Origin: an uncultured Holophaga sp.
Lineage (GTDB): Bacteria > Acidobacteriota > Holophagae > Holophagales > Holophagaceae
NCBI GenBank assembly: GCA_963664825.1
Contig: OY761614.1
Coordinates: 2,624,001-2,688,000 of the forward strand
DNA length: 64,000 nt
Direction: 5' to 3'
Both the position numbers and the translations under genes were made by a program. Each line of letters starts with the position of its first letter. Within the stretch, counting starts at the first letter, position 1. The notes under the pieces are model-generated. The model had not been told where the DNA came from. It searched no databases and saw only the letters and a list, made by a program, of their open reading frames with translations. Below are positions 39,467 to 49,680 of the stretch, one piece after another.

Positions 39467-41094
39467 GTATCGATTCACCCCCCCTTCAGGTTCAACTCGT
39501 GATTGAGGGGGGGGGAATCACTGCAAGTGAATAATTTACTTGTACTTCGGTCTCAAACCAGTCAGATTCTAAAGGATGGAGCTTGATCCCGTTCTGACTG
39601 ATCCGCGTTATCTGGCGCTGGCTGCCGAGAACGGGGAACTGCGTGCGGAAATGACTCGCCTGCGGGAGACGATGGAACGTCTGGAGAAGCTGCTGGAGTC
39701 CCTCCAGGAGCGGCTCGGGAAAGACAGTCGCAACAGCAGCAAGCCTCCCAGCTCGGACGGGCCCGCAGCACCGCCCAAACCACCGATGCCGCCCACGGGG
39801 CGCAAGCGCGGCGGCCAACCGGGACGGAAGGGGTCCGCTCGGGTGATGTTGCCGGAGGGCAGCGAGGATCGGACCGTGGCGGTGCCCCTCGCCTGCTGCC
39901 CCCACTGCCGCGGCGAGGTTCCTTCAGGGGCCATCACCGGGACGCGCCTGCACCGGGTGGTGGATCTGGCTCAGCGACTCACAGATGTCATCGCTTACGC
40001 GCTGGAGGAGGGCATCTGCCCGCATTGCCAGCGAAAGGTCCGGGCTGCACTGCCACCGGAGGCCGCGCCCGGCGGGATCGGCCCGCGCCTCCAGGCTGCG
40101 GCGGCCTATCTGCGCACGGAGGGCCGCATGAGCCTGACGCCGCTCCAACGTTTCCTCTCGGAGGTGACGGGCGTAGCGGTCTCACGCGGTTGGCTGCATG
40201 AGAGCGGCGTGGCCCTCGGGAACCATCTGCTGCCCGCCTGGGAGGACCTCTCCCAGCAGATCCGTACGGCGGACGTGCTCAACCTCGACGAGACTGGCTT
40301 TGGGCGGAAGGATCGGGACTGGATTTGGGTGGCCCTTTCCGCCCGCACGGCCCTCTTCCACTTCAGCGACACCCGTGGGGCGAGGGCCCTGACCGCGATG
40401 CTTCCCGAGGATTTCAGTGGCGTCATCGGAACGGACCGGTATGGCGCCTACAACGCCTTGAAATCTGCCGTTCGCCAGTTCTGCTGGGCCCATTTGCGCA
40501 GGGAGTTCATCGCCCTCAGCGAATCCGCGAAGCCCGAGGTGGCCGCGCTGGGGAAGCGCCTCCTGACCGAGCAGGAGGAGGTCTTTGCGCTGTGGCACGC
40601 CTTCCGGGCCAACGAGATCAGCCGCAAGGATCTGCGGGCCTGCACCGCCCTCAATCTGGCGCGGCTCAAACGCGGCCTGATCCAGGCCAGCACGATGGAA
40701 CACAGGGCCGCCCGGAACCTCGGGAAGGACCTCCTCCGAAAATGGGACAAGCTCTGGGTGTTCCTGAAGGTCGAAGGCGTGGAACCCACCAACAACGCCG
40801 CCGAGCGCGCCCTGCGCCCCCTCGTGATCCTCAAGCGGATCTTCCAGCGGCTGCCCAGCGCGGACGGAAAGCGATTCTTCGAACGGCTCCTGAGCCTGGG
40901 CACCACCGCCCGCATTCGCGGCGTCCCCTACTTCGACTGGCTGCTCAAGGCCCTCCACGCTGCCCAATCGAATCAGCCCCTACCGGCACTGGAACCGGCC
41001 TGAGGCTGACAGGACAAGCGGTACATCACCAGCCCATCACGGGTGGCTGCCACCGGCTTACGCGGTCGCTGGGACAAAGGGGGTGAATCGATAC
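39467..41094 (+). mobile_element. IS66-family (single-ORF, ISBst12-like) element, 8-bp TSD CTTTAGGC
   Basis: GTATCGATTCACCC/GGGTGAATCGATAC IRs; TSD 39459-39466/41095-41102. Confidence 0.93.
39576..41003 (+). CDS. IS66 transposase TnpC
   Basis: NSSKPPSSD, CPHC x2, LDETG, QFCWAHLRR, TNNAAERALR. Confidence 0.93.
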   Translation: MELDPVLTDPRYLALAAENGELRAEMTRLRETMERLEKLLESLQERLGKDSRNSSKPPSSDGPAAPPKPPMPPTGRKRGGQPGRKGSARVMLPEGSEDRTVAVPLACCPHCRGEVPSGAITGTRLHRVVDLAQRLTDVIAYALEEGICPHCQRKVRAALPPEAAPGGIGPRLQAAAAYLRTEGRMSLTPLQRFLSEVTGVAVSRGWLHESGVALGNHLLPAWEDLSQQIRTADVLNLDETGFGRKDRDWIWVALSARTALFHFSDTRGARALTAMLPEDFSGVIGTDRYGAYNALKSAVRQFCWAHLRREFIALSESAKPEVAALGKRLLTEQEEVFALWHAFRANEISRKDLRACTALNLARLKRGLIQASTMEHRAARNLGKDLLRKWDKLWVFLKVEGVEPTNNAAERALRPLVILKRIFQRLPSADGKRFFERLLSLGTTARIRGVPYFDWLLKALHAAQSNQPLPALEPA

Positions 41095-41153
41095 CTTTAG
41101 GCGGGGCCTGAAGGCTGCGTTGGGTAAGAACTTAGGGAAATGAAAATCCGCGT

Positions 41154-42470
41154 TCAAAGGTGGTCCGGCAGACTGAGCATCATGAACCGGTCCCATTTGG
41201 GCTCGATGCCCAGCGCCGCCAAAAGCGCCAAACCCGCTCCCGCTGCTCCTTCCAGCAGGCCTGGATCCGGCTTGTAGGGGTTTGTGTTCTCCTTGGCCTT
41301 GCCCTCCGCGTCCATCTCGGGCTTGTAGGTGGTGTAGCCCGCGAAAGGACCACCGGGATTGCGCGTGCCGATGAGATGTTCCAGGTACATCTGAGCGGCC
41401 TGGCGGAAACACGCCTCGCCTGTGAGTTGGAACAGGCGCTGAAAGATGAGTACATTGCCCGCGCTGCCATGGCAGAGAGAGATATCGCGCACACCCGACG
41501 TCTCCAGGGGACGTGCGGCAGCCAGCCGTGCCATGTCGAGGGCCTTGGCTTCCCAGTCTGGCCTGCCCGCTAGGTGGGCCGCGTTCAGGATAGCCAGCGA
41601 AGCGCCGAGGTCGCCATAGCACCAGGCTACGCGGCCTGCGTGGGGTTCCACCTCTGGCCTTTCCTGTTCCACGGGGCACCAGCTCGGCAGGTACGATCCA
41701 CTCTCCGGAGACTGGAACTGGCTGAAGAGCCACGCCATGCCTCCTTCCAGGAGCTTCGTCACTCGCCGGGAATCGATCTCTGGATGCTGCTGGCCCACCC
41801 TACCCATCGCGGCAAGAAGCAACAGAATCCCCGGTACACCATGGGCCAACCCCAGGTTCAAGTAACCCTGAGGGGCCAGCTCCCGCTGCCAAGTGGGCAG
41901 CAGCCCGGGCGCCGTGGGCCAACTGTGTCCCGTGGGGCGGGGCACAGCCAAGGCTTCCAAATGGTCCAAAATTCTGGCCAGAACCTGTCTGGCCCCAGGC
42001 CTGGACAGGCGTTCCAACGCGTAGACCCCATAGCCCACCAGACCTGAGATTAGGTCGTAACCGTCCCGCCATGGGCTCGGCGCCAGGAGGTCTTGCAACA
42101 CCTCATCCACACCTTCGTTTGCGTCCTCTTCCTCGGTATCCTTGAAAACTTCTTGCTGCAGATGCTCTATGGCCCAGGCGATGCCCGAATAACCCGAATA
42201 GAATTGCGCTCCGGGAGTGCGATCCACCCGTTCCACCGCTCGGCTCAGCATATCCATGGCCCGTTTCTGGAGCGCTTCCCGACCCGAAAGTTTGGAAAGA
42301 TAGCCCAGGTAGAGGGCCGTCCCTGCCGTACCTCCGGAAAGACATGGATGTGTCTGCTCGGCGTCGAAATCCAAGGCCAGAGCCAGTTCGTCCAGGATGG
42401 GCAAGATGGATGCGCGTTGGGATTCGGAGGCCAGGGGAGGCCAGGTTGAGCGGGTTAATGTGCAAAGCAT
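41154..42470 (-). CDS. lanC: Lanthionine cyclase LanC
   Basis: DLISG, LGLAHGVPG, AWCYGDLG, SLCHGSAG Zn ligands, GLLEGAAG. Confidence 0.95.
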   Translation of the reverse strand: MLCTLTRSTWPPLASESQRASILPILDELALALDFDAEQTHPCLSGGTAGTALYLGYLSKLSGREALQKRAMDMLSRAVERVDRTPGAQFYSGYSGIAWAIEHLQQEVFKDTEEEDANEGVDEVLQDLLAPSPWRDGYDLISGLVGYGVYALERLSRPGARQVLARILDHLEALAVPRPTGHSWPTAPGLLPTWQRELAPQGYLNLGLAHGVPGILLLLAAMGRVGQQHPEIDSRRVTKLLEGGMAWLFSQFQSPESGSYLPSWCPVEQERPEVEPHAGRVAWCYGDLGASLAILNAAHLAGRPDWEAKALDMARLAAARPLETSGVRDISLCHGSAGNVLIFQRLFQLTGEACFRQAAQMYLEHLIGTRNPGGPFAGYTTYKPEMDAEGKAKENTNPYKPDPGLLEGAAGAGLALLAALGIEPKWDRFMMLSLPDHL

Positions 42471-42573
42471 GGGGACCTCACAAAGGGAATTCCGGCCTGG
42501 CGAATCGATGGGCAGTTAGGAAGGCCATTCTCTTGGGAAAAGACAAGGAGCATATTCCGACAGGGCCAAGGGT

Positions 42574-42675
42574 TTAGAAACAGTTTACTGGAGTGTAACG
42601 GATTTCCGTTTCTTCGCGGAATAGCGTGAGGCAACCCACCTCCAGCCGGGACAGAGATAAACGGATTGCCTTCAT
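42574..42675 (-). CDS. Small 33-aa precursor-like peptide upstream of lanC
   Basis: AAGGAG RBS; MKAIRLSLSRLEVGCLTLFREETEIRYTPVNCF matches LxLx(R)x5L; no double-Gly. Confidence 0.5.
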   Translation of the reverse strand: MKAIRLSLSRLEVGCLTLFREETEIRYTPVNCF

Positions 42676-42730
42676 ACAGTAACTCCTTGGCATCCGATCA
42701 CGGGTTTGGAGGCGGACCTTTCTAGTGCGG

Positions 42731-43440
42731 CGGAGGACGAGGATCTCGCCAAGGAATGCTACCGGCAGACCTTCCTTCAGCACGGCATTCGGCCTGGGGA
42801 ACTGACCCTGCATTCAGACCGAGGCCCTGCCATGGTTTCCAAGACGGCGAGTGTCCTCCTCACCGACCTGAAGGTCACGAAGAGCCACAGCCGACCTCAT
42901 GTTTCCGATGACAACCCGTATTCCGAATCGCAGTTCAAGACGCTCAAATACAGCCCCGGCTTCCCGGAGCGATTCGGTTCCATTGAGGATGCGAGGAGCT
43001 TCTGTCGCCGCTACTTCCACTGGTACAACCACCAGGACCGGCACAGCGGCATCGGCATGATGACGCCCGCCAGCGTTCACGAAGGCCGCGCCAAGGAGAT
43101 CCGCGCTGCCCGGCAGATCATCCTCGATCAGGTCTTCCAGGCCCACCCCGAGCGGTTTTCCAAGGGATGCCCGAAACCACCGGCCATTCCCAGCCCGGCG
43201 TGGATCAATCCTCCGAAAAAGGAAATCGCAGCATGATGACCTCTGGCTGTTGCGAGGTGTGGGAAACGCGCAGCGTTTTCCAAGGGGCCGAGGTCAGGCT
43301 GCGGACCCGAAGGGCGGGCCATCGGCCCGTTGCCGCCAGGCAATCCGCAGCCTGTCCATGGCCCCGGCGCCTCTTCGCAGCGGGTTGGGCCAAGTGATAA
43401 TTTAGGCAACTTTCTGTCTCAAAGTCGTTGACGCGTTCCG
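42731..43440 (+). pseudogene. IS3-family 3' half (partial transposase plus right end)
   Basis: EDEDLA...DNPYSESQFKTLKY...WINPP; end TGTCTCAAAGTCGTTGACGCGTTCCG identical to 16748-16773. Confidence 0.85.
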
Positions 43441-43473
43441 AATCGGGGAAGAGCGTTTTGGTGGGACACAGGC

Positions 43474-43510
43474 CAACAAAATAGCCTCGAAGGTCGAGGC
43501 TATTTTGTTG
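43474..43510 (-). terminator. Intrinsic terminator after lanA3
   Basis: CAACAAAATAGCCTCGA-agg-TCGAGGCTATTTTGTTG. Confidence 0.8.
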
Positions 43511-43526
43511 TGGAATTATAATTTAA

Positions 43527-43730
43527 TTAATTACATTTTTGCGCGGTAACAACTGGGTGTTTCGTGAAAGTGTTTGTTTCGCAGCCTAAACCATCGTTGC
43601 TTACCCCGCAGTTGAACAATCCGCCTGGTCCTGATGAATACTGTTTGTCGCCTGTATCCCCTCCTGCAATTTCCGTTTGCTGTGTGGCGTTTAGTCGAGA
43701 GATTGTTTCCTTGTTTAACTTGAGCGCCAT
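43527..43730 (-). CDS. lanA: Lanthipeptide precursor LanA3 (67 aa)
   Basis: GGAGGAG RBS; MALKLNKETISRL...EIAGG leader; core with 3 Cys and 8 Ser/Thr. Confidence 0.85.
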   Translation of the reverse strand: MALKLNKETISRLNATQQTEIAGGDTGDKQYSSGPGGLFNCGVSNDGLGCETNTFTKHPVVTAQKCN

Positions 43731-43909
43731 GGCTCCTCCGATCATGTCCCGTCTGGGACTTGGGTTGATTGTTGATTAACTTATCCGTGTTTGTCTGAAC
43801 TTTCAATATGGAAACTCGTGCCGATTCATTGTTCCAAGCCGAAGTTCCATAGTGAACCAGGCGGAATCCCCATGATCCACAAGGCGATTTTGTGAATTTA
43901 GGAATTCAG

Positions 43910-44650
43910 CTACTGACTACGGCAGGGCGAGGCCGAGGCATTTGAAGGCCTCTTCGCTGAATTGTGTGGGTACCTGTGGTGCAGTCCGCCGCATCGAGGC
44001 AGGGCCACCACGTTGGTCGGTCCTTTTGGGGTAGGGCTGGCGCGGCCTGGGATCGGGCTCTCCTTGCCCAATGCAAGGTGAGTCCGATCCTTGTGGTAAT
44101 AGCCGAGGTAGCCCTTCAGAAGCCGCATCAGGTGCTGCTCGTCCAGCACAATGACATGGTCGAACAGCTCACGCCTCAGGGTTCCGATGAAACGCTCGCA
44201 GGCGCCGTTCTGCCATGGGCTTCGGAAGCTGGTCTGCTTGGGGATGATGCCCAGAGACTGGATGAACGCCTTCAGGGAACCGAAGATCGTGTCCCGGTCG
44301 AAGATCAGATACCTGGGGATCTCGTCGAAGGGGAAGGCCTCGCGGAGTTGCTGGCGAACCCATTCCGCCGTCGGGTTTCGAGTCGCGTTGAGGTGCAACA
44401 CCATTCGTCGGCCATGATGGAGAATGACCAGGACGTAGATGAGGCCGAAGTTCCAGGTGGGGACCACCAGGAAGTCCATGGCGGCGAGCATCTCCCGATG
44501 GTTGTCCAGGAAGGCCTGCCATGTCTGGGTTCTCCTGGGATCCGGGATACGACGGGGCATCCACCGCTGCACACTGCGCTCCGAAAGGTGAAAACCAAGG
44601 CGAAGCAACTCCCCGTGGATTCTCGGCGCCCCCCAGAGGGGGTTCTCGCG
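43910..44650 (-). pseudogene. rve integrase-core transposase, C-terminal part (interrupted by IS256)
   Basis: AMDFLVV, IFDRD, PWQNGACERFIGTLRRE, GGLHHRY; continues at 46109-46289. Confidence 0.85.
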
Positions 44651-46108
44651 GATAGAGTCCCATCAAGTGGTGTAGCAGTGGTTCAGTGAGAGGTGGCCAC
44701 CGGTTCCGTAAGGTGAGGTTTGCGAACTTACCGAACGGAGAGACCGATGGCCATCAATAGGGTGTCTGGGCTGGAAGCCCTGAGCAAGGTTTTGGAGGAG
44801 GGGAACGGTGATTTCCTGCGGCGTGTGCTGCTGATGGGGCTGGAGGCGGTGATGGAGTCCGACGTTTCGGGGCTCTGCCAAGCGGGCCCTGGGGAGCGGA
44901 CGCCGTCACGGGAGAACCACCGAAACGGCTACCGCGACCGGGAACTGGAAACGCGGCTGGGCACGCTGCCGCTGGCCATCCCAAAGCTCCGGCAGGGCAG
45001 CTACTTCCCGAACTTCCTGGAGCCGCGCCGTCGGTGGGAACAGGCCTTCGTGAACGTGGCGGCAGAGGCCTACGTCGCGGGCGTGAGCACGCGAAAGGTC
45101 GAGGCGTTGGTGGAGGCCCTAGGCTGCAGGGGGATGTCGAAGTCCGAGGTCTCCCGGCTGGCGCAGGAGTTGGATGCGGAGGTGGAGGCGTTCCGGAACC
45201 GCCCGCTGGAAGGTTCTTTCCGCTACCTCTGGCTGGACGCCCTCTATCCGAAGGTTCGGGAAGGCGGGCGAGTGGTAGGGCTGGCGGTGATGGTGGCCAT
45301 GGCCGTGAATGCGGAGGGTAAACGCGAGGTGCTGGGGCTGACCGTGGCTGAAGGCGAGATGGAGAGCGCCTGGTCAGCATTCCTGGAACGCCTTGTGCAG
45401 CGCGGTCTCGCGGGTGTAGATCTGGTCATCTCGGATTCTCACGCCGGGCTGAAAGCCGCCGTCAGGAAGGTGCTGAATGGGGTCACCTGGCAGCGATGCC
45501 GCGTCCATTTCATGCGCAACGCTGCCGTACGGTTACCGAAGTCCGTTCAGGAGCAGATGCTGGATCGCCGCAAGCGGGTTTTCCAGGCCCCCACCAAGGA
45601 GGAGGCCCAGGCCCTGATCGCGGCCCTGGCGCGGGACACCGAGCGCAAGCACCCAGGGTTCGCAGCCCTGCTGGATGAGGCCGTGGAGGACGTCACCGCC
45701 TTCATGGACTTCCCGAAGGCCCACTGGCGAAAGATCCACTCCACGAACGTCCTGGAACGGGAGAATCGCGAACTGCGCCGCCGTTCCGATGTGGTGGGGA
45801 TCTTCCCCAATCGGGCCGCGGTGTTGCGCCTGCTCGGGAGCTTACTCCTCGATCAGCATGCCGAGTGGGTCAGCGCCCGCATCGCCTACATCAGGATGGA
45901 TGCATGAAACAAGATGGGCTCAAACGCCCCCCCTGACCCGGCCATGGACGGTGCCGGGGCCATGGACAACCTGCGGTTGCCCACCGCCCCTTGGAAAGCC
46001 CTTCGGCCTTTCCACACCGCCCACAGCCTGACAATCAGCAACAGAACTTTGACAACCTTACGGAATCGGCTGCGCCGACCTTCCTACACCACTTGACGGG
46101 ACACGGGC
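44651..46108 (+). mobile_element. IS256-family insertion sequence, 8-bp TSD TTCTCGCG
   Basis: Imperfect IRs GTCCC(A/G)TCAAGTGGTGTAG; TSD 44643-44650/46109-46116; uninterrupted site at 25319-25330. Confidence 0.92.
44747..45907 (+). CDS. IS256 transposase
   Basis: [49 protein letters not shown]. Confidence 0.95.
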   Translation: MAINRVSGLEALSKVLEEGNGDFLRRVLLMGLEAVMESDVSGLCQAGPGERTPSRENHRNGYRDRELETRLGTLPLAIPKLRQGSYFPNFLEPRRRWEQAFVNVAAEAYVAGVSTRKVEALVEALGCRGMSKSEVSRLAQELDAEVEAFRNRPLEGSFRYLWLDALYPKVREGGRVVGLAVMVAMAVNAEGKREVLGLTVAEGEMESAWSAFLERLVQRGLAGVDLVISDSHAGLKAAVRKVLNGVTWQRCRVHFMRNAAVRLPKSVQEQMLDRRKRVFQAPTKEEAQALIAALARDTERKHPGFAALLDEAVEDVTAFMDFPKAHWRKIHSTNVLERENRELRRRSDVVGIFPNRAAVLRLLGSLLLDQHAEWVSARIAYIRMDA

Positions 46109-46289
46109 TTCTCGCGCGCCATGCGGCGAATCAGACCCCGAAGATTCCCGGAGATGGCGGGCCGACCTACCTTGCGTATCTTCCTGGACTTCCAGCGCCA
46201 GAAGAGACGGAAGCCTGCCCGATACCAATAGATGACGGTGGCGGGCTTCACCAGCATGCAGACCTCCTGCCATCGGGGCCAGATCCGGC

Positions 46290-47916
46290 GTATCGATTCA
46301 CCCCGCTTGTCCCTGTGACCGCGTAAGCCGGTGGCAGCCAGCCGTGATGGGCTGGTGATGTCCCGCTTGCCCTGGCAGCCTCAGGCCGGTTCCAGTGCTG
46401 GTAGGGGCTGATTGGATCGGGCGGAGTGGAGGGCCCTGAGCAGCCAGTCGAAGTAGGGCACGCCGCGGATGCAGGCGGTGGTGCCCAAGCTCAGGAGGCG
46501 TTCGAAGAATCGCTTTCCGTCCGCGCTGGGCAGTCGCTGGAAGATCCGCTTGAGGATCACGAGGGGGCGCAGGGCCCGCTCGGCCGCATTGTTCGTCGGC
46601 TCCACGCCCTCGACCTTCAGGAACACCCAGAGCTTGTCCCATTTCCGGAGGAGGTCCTTCCCGAGGTTCCGGGCGGCCTTGTGATCCATCGTGCTGGCCT
46701 GGATCAGGCCCCGCTTGAGCCGCGCCAGGTTGATGGCCGTGCAGGCGCGCAGAACCTTGCGGGTGATCTCGCCACTTCGGAAGGCGTGCCACAGCGCAAA
46801 GATCTCCTCCTGCTCGGCGAGCAGACGCTTTCCCAGTGCGGCCACCTCGGGCTTCGCGGATTCGTTGAGGGCGATGAACTCCCTGCGCAAATGGGCCCAG
46901 CAGAACTGGCGAACGGCAGATTTCAAGGCGTTGTAGGCGCCGTATCGGTCCGTTCCGATGATGCCACTGAAATCCTCGGGAAGCATCGCGGTCAGGGCCC
47001 TCGCCCCACGGGTGTCGCTGAAGTGGAAGAGGGCCGTGCGGGCGGAAAGGGCCACCCAGATCCAGTCCCGATCCTTCCGCCCGAAACCGGTCTCGTCGAG
47101 GTTGAGCACGTCCGCCGTGCGGATCTGCTGGGAGAGGTCCTCCCAGGCGGGGAGTAGGTGGCTCCCCAGCGCCACACCGCTCTCATGCAGCCAACCGCGT
47201 GAGACCGCTACGCCCGTCACCTCCGAGAGGAAACGCTGGAGCGGCGTCAGGCTCATGCGGCCCTCTGTGCGCAGATAGGCCGCCGCAGCCTGAAGGCGCG
47301 GGCCGATCCCGCCGGGCGCGGCCTCCGGTGGCAGCGAAGCCCGGACCTTTCGCTGGCAATGCGGGCAGATGCCCTCCTCCAGCGCGTAGGCGATGACTTC
47401 TGTGAGGCGCTGAGCCAGATCCACCACCCGGTGCAGGCGCGTCCCGGTGATGGCCCCTGAAGGAACCTCGCCGCGGCAGTGGGGGCAGCATCCAAGCGCC
47501 ACCGCCACCGTCCGATCCTCGCTGCCCTCCGGCAACATCACCCGAGCGGACCCCTTTCGTCCCGGTTGGCCGCCGCGCTTGCGCCCCGTGGGCGGCGTCG
47601 GTGGCTTGGGCGGCGCCGCGGGTCCGTCCGAACTGGGGGGCTTGCTGCTGTTGCGGCTGTCCTTCCCGAGCCGCTCCTGGAGGGACTCCAGCAGCTTCTC
47701 CAGGCGCTCCATCGTCTCCCGCAGGCGAGTCATTTCCGCACGCAGTTCCCCGTTCTCGGCGGCCAGCGCCAGATAACGCGGATCGGTCAGAACGGGATCA
47801 AGCTCCATCCTTTAGAATCTGACTGGTTTGAGACCGAAGTACAAGCAAATTATTCACTTGCAGTGATCCCCCCCCCTCAATCACGAGTTGAACCTGAAGG
47901 GGGGGTGAATCGATAC
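46290..47916 (-). mobile_element. IS66-family element, second copy (no TSD)
   Basis: Same IRs as 39467-41094; flanks GATCCGGC / GGGCGTAG differ. Confidence 0.9.
46381..47808 (-). CDS. IS66 transposase TnpC
   Basis: Near-identical to 39576-41003 protein. Confidence 0.93.
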   Translation of the reverse strand: MELDPVLTDPRYLALAAENGELRAEMTRLRETMERLEKLLESLQERLGKDSRNSSKPPSSDGPAAPPKPPTPPTGRKRGGQPGRKGSARVMLPEGSEDRTVAVALGCCPHCRGEVPSGAITGTRLHRVVDLAQRLTEVIAYALEEGICPHCQRKVRASLPPEAAPGGIGPRLQAAAAYLRTEGRMSLTPLQRFLSEVTGVAVSRGWLHESGVALGSHLLPAWEDLSQQIRTADVLNLDETGFGRKDRDWIWVALSARTALFHFSDTRGARALTAMLPEDFSGIIGTDRYGAYNALKSAVRQFCWAHLRREFIALNESAKPEVAALGKRLLAEQEEIFALWHAFRSGEITRKVLRACTAINLARLKRGLIQASTMDHKAARNLGKDLLRKWDKLWVFLKVEGVEPTNNAAERALRPLVILKRIFQRLPSADGKRFFERLLSLGTTACIRGVPYFDWLLRALHSARSNQPLPALEPA

Positions 47917-48290
47917 GGGCGTAGTCCGGGGTGGAGGTCCGGATCTCGGGGCCGTCGAAACGCCGGATGACCTTCAGGGCCTCGCCGCACTCGATCTGGG
48001 CCTGGCGCATCCGCTTCGCCACGACCAGCAGGCGCTTTTCCCAGCCCCTGAAAGGGATGTGGCCGTTCTTGGTGCGGGCGTTCGCCCTCCAGCCCGTGGA
48101 GCGGTCCGTGGCCCCCATGTCACTCATCCAGCAGCGCAGGAAGAGCTGCCTCGCAGCCTCCATCTCGTCCTCACAGGGCTCGAAGGCCTGCTGATCTTCG
48201 AGCCTGGCCCAGGGGGTTCCCTGGATCTGAGCCACGGACGCCTCCAGGCGCTGGCGGAGCATCCGCCAGATTCTCAGCATCGTTCCCAGC
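47917..48290 (-). pseudogene. Phage DNA adenine methylase (D12/Dam-like) fragment truncated by IS66
   Basis: EAARQLFLRCWMS...RMRQAQIECGEALKVIRRFDGPE, the segment preceding the DPPY motif in this family. Confidence 0.6.
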
Positions 48291-48305
48291 GTTTGCCAGA
48301 GCGAC

Positions 48306-48329
48306 AAAAAGCCCCGCTAAAGCGGGGCT
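48306..48329 (-). terminator. Intrinsic terminator after antirepressor operon
   Basis: Minus strand GCCCCGCT-tt-AGCGGGGC then TTTTT. Confidence 0.7.
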
Positions 48330-48349
48330 GATTGTAAGGGTAGAGCGCG

Positions 48350-48613
48350 TCAACCGGCTTGTTTGAACAACGCCTTCTGCGTTTGGCCCAGATCCGCCTC
48401 CAGCTTGCCCAGCTGATCAGCCAGAAGACCCAGCATGAGACCGAAACCATAGGCTTCGCGGCTGCTGAGTTCCAGGGCTGGGGAATTCGGTAATCTTTCT
48501 TCCCTGCCGCATTCCCGGGCTTGGAGAAGGGCTTTAGCGGCTTCAAGCTGGGCCTGAAGATCTCTGGCCAAGATGCGAGCCTCGTCCAGTTTATCGAGGG
48601 GTGTGAGGCTCAT
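48350..48613 (-). CDS. Small helical hypothetical protein coupled to antirepressor
   Basis: TAATG overlap with antirepressor stop; MSLTPLDKL... 87 aa. Confidence 0.55.
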   Translation of the reverse strand: MSLTPLDKLDEARILARDLQAQLEAAKALLQARECGREERLPNSPALELSSREAYGFGLMLGLLADQLGKLEADLGQTQKALFKQAG

Positions 48614-49452
48614 TAGAGGGCCTCCGGCGCGGGGAATATGGCCGGGGATAGGCGGTGCAAAACGGTCTTGGCCACATCGTTGCCGTAGAGGTCCACCAAC
48701 TCCCGAGGCGTGACCTCCCGAACTGTGATGGGGCCCCTGGAGGAGGCCGCTCCCACGGGGCCTTCGGCCCAGCGGCGCTCGGGCGTCATGTATTCGCCCC
48801 GAGGGCGGCCCTTGGTGGGGTGGAGAGGGAAGAGTGCCATGTGGGCGGCGAAGGGTTCGAAGGCCACCAGCATGACCTTGCCGTCCTTGCGGTGGGGTAG
48901 CGCGTAGTCCTGGACGCGGGAATGCACCGTAGGACGCGGCAACCCGAGGCGGCGCCCGCACTCGCCGGGGCTCAGCCATGTCCACCGTTTGGTGTCCGGC
49001 TGGGCTTCCTCGGGATTCTGGCCCGTGATGCCCTCAATCTCACCGAAGAGCGCTCGCGTTGCCTCCGGCGCGGTGGCCCGGATCTCGGGACGGATGGCGG
49101 CGCCCGTGCGCCAGTAGGCGTCCAGCACCTGGAAGCACTCCTTCTGGTAGGTTCGCAGGCGCTCCCGGAACTCCGGCTTCACGCGAGCCGCCTGGATGCT
49201 AAAGAGCCAGCCGTTCAAGTTCTCCAGGGGCAGGCAGGTCATGGTCTGGGGACCACCCGGGGAAGGGATCAAGATATCTTGATACCCCCACAGATCCTTG
49301 TCTGCGGTGAGTTTGGCATGCTGTCCCTGCCAGGACGCCCCAAGCTGGGTGCAGAGGGGCTTGGCTGGAACGAAGGGTTTCCCATTCTCGGGATGGGATA
49401 CAAGGAAGACAACCTCCCCGTGGAAGTCGATGGATCTGAGTTCGGCCGTCAT
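48613..49452 (-). CDS. Phage antirepressor (P22 Ant N-terminal domain) with C-terminal HTH
   Basis: IDFHGE, PFVPAKPLCTQLGASWQGQHAKL, CLPLENLNGWLFSI, YQKECFQVLDAYW. Confidence 0.88.
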   Translation of the reverse strand: MTAELRSIDFHGEVVFLVSHPENGKPFVPAKPLCTQLGASWQGQHAKLTADKDLWGYQDILIPSPGGPQTMTCLPLENLNGWLFSIQAARVKPEFRERLRTYQKECFQVLDAYWRTGAAIRPEIRATAPEATRALFGEIEGITGQNPEEAQPDTKRWTWLSPGECGRRLGLPRPTVHSRVQDYALPHRKDGKVMLVAFEPFAAHMALFPLHPTKGRPRGEYMTPERRWAEGPVGAASSRGPITVREVTPRELVDLYGNDVAKTVLHRLSPAIFPAPEAL

Positions 49453-49680
49453 GCGGCACTTCCTTTGTTGGGTCCGGCTTTCTAGGCCAGACGGAGTTGG
49501 ATGAATGCCCCGAGGGGCGGCTGGTGAGACCGGGAGCTAGAAACCCCAACGACGTGCCAAAGGGAACACGAGGTGGAGCGAGCTTCTTCGTGCGTGTTAC
49601 CACGCCTTATTCCGCTACACTCCCGGCGATTGCTCACCATTGCATCCGTCCTTTGGTTCGTCGGGTTTTCTAGACCCGAT
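49453..49680 (-). ncRNA. Putative C4/CI-like antisense RNA switch in antirepressor leader
   Basis: a1 CTAGAAA, b1 CCAAAGG, complements b' CCTTTGG and a' TTTCTAG, then a2 CTAGAAA and b2 CAAAGG over the RBS. Confidence 0.6.
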
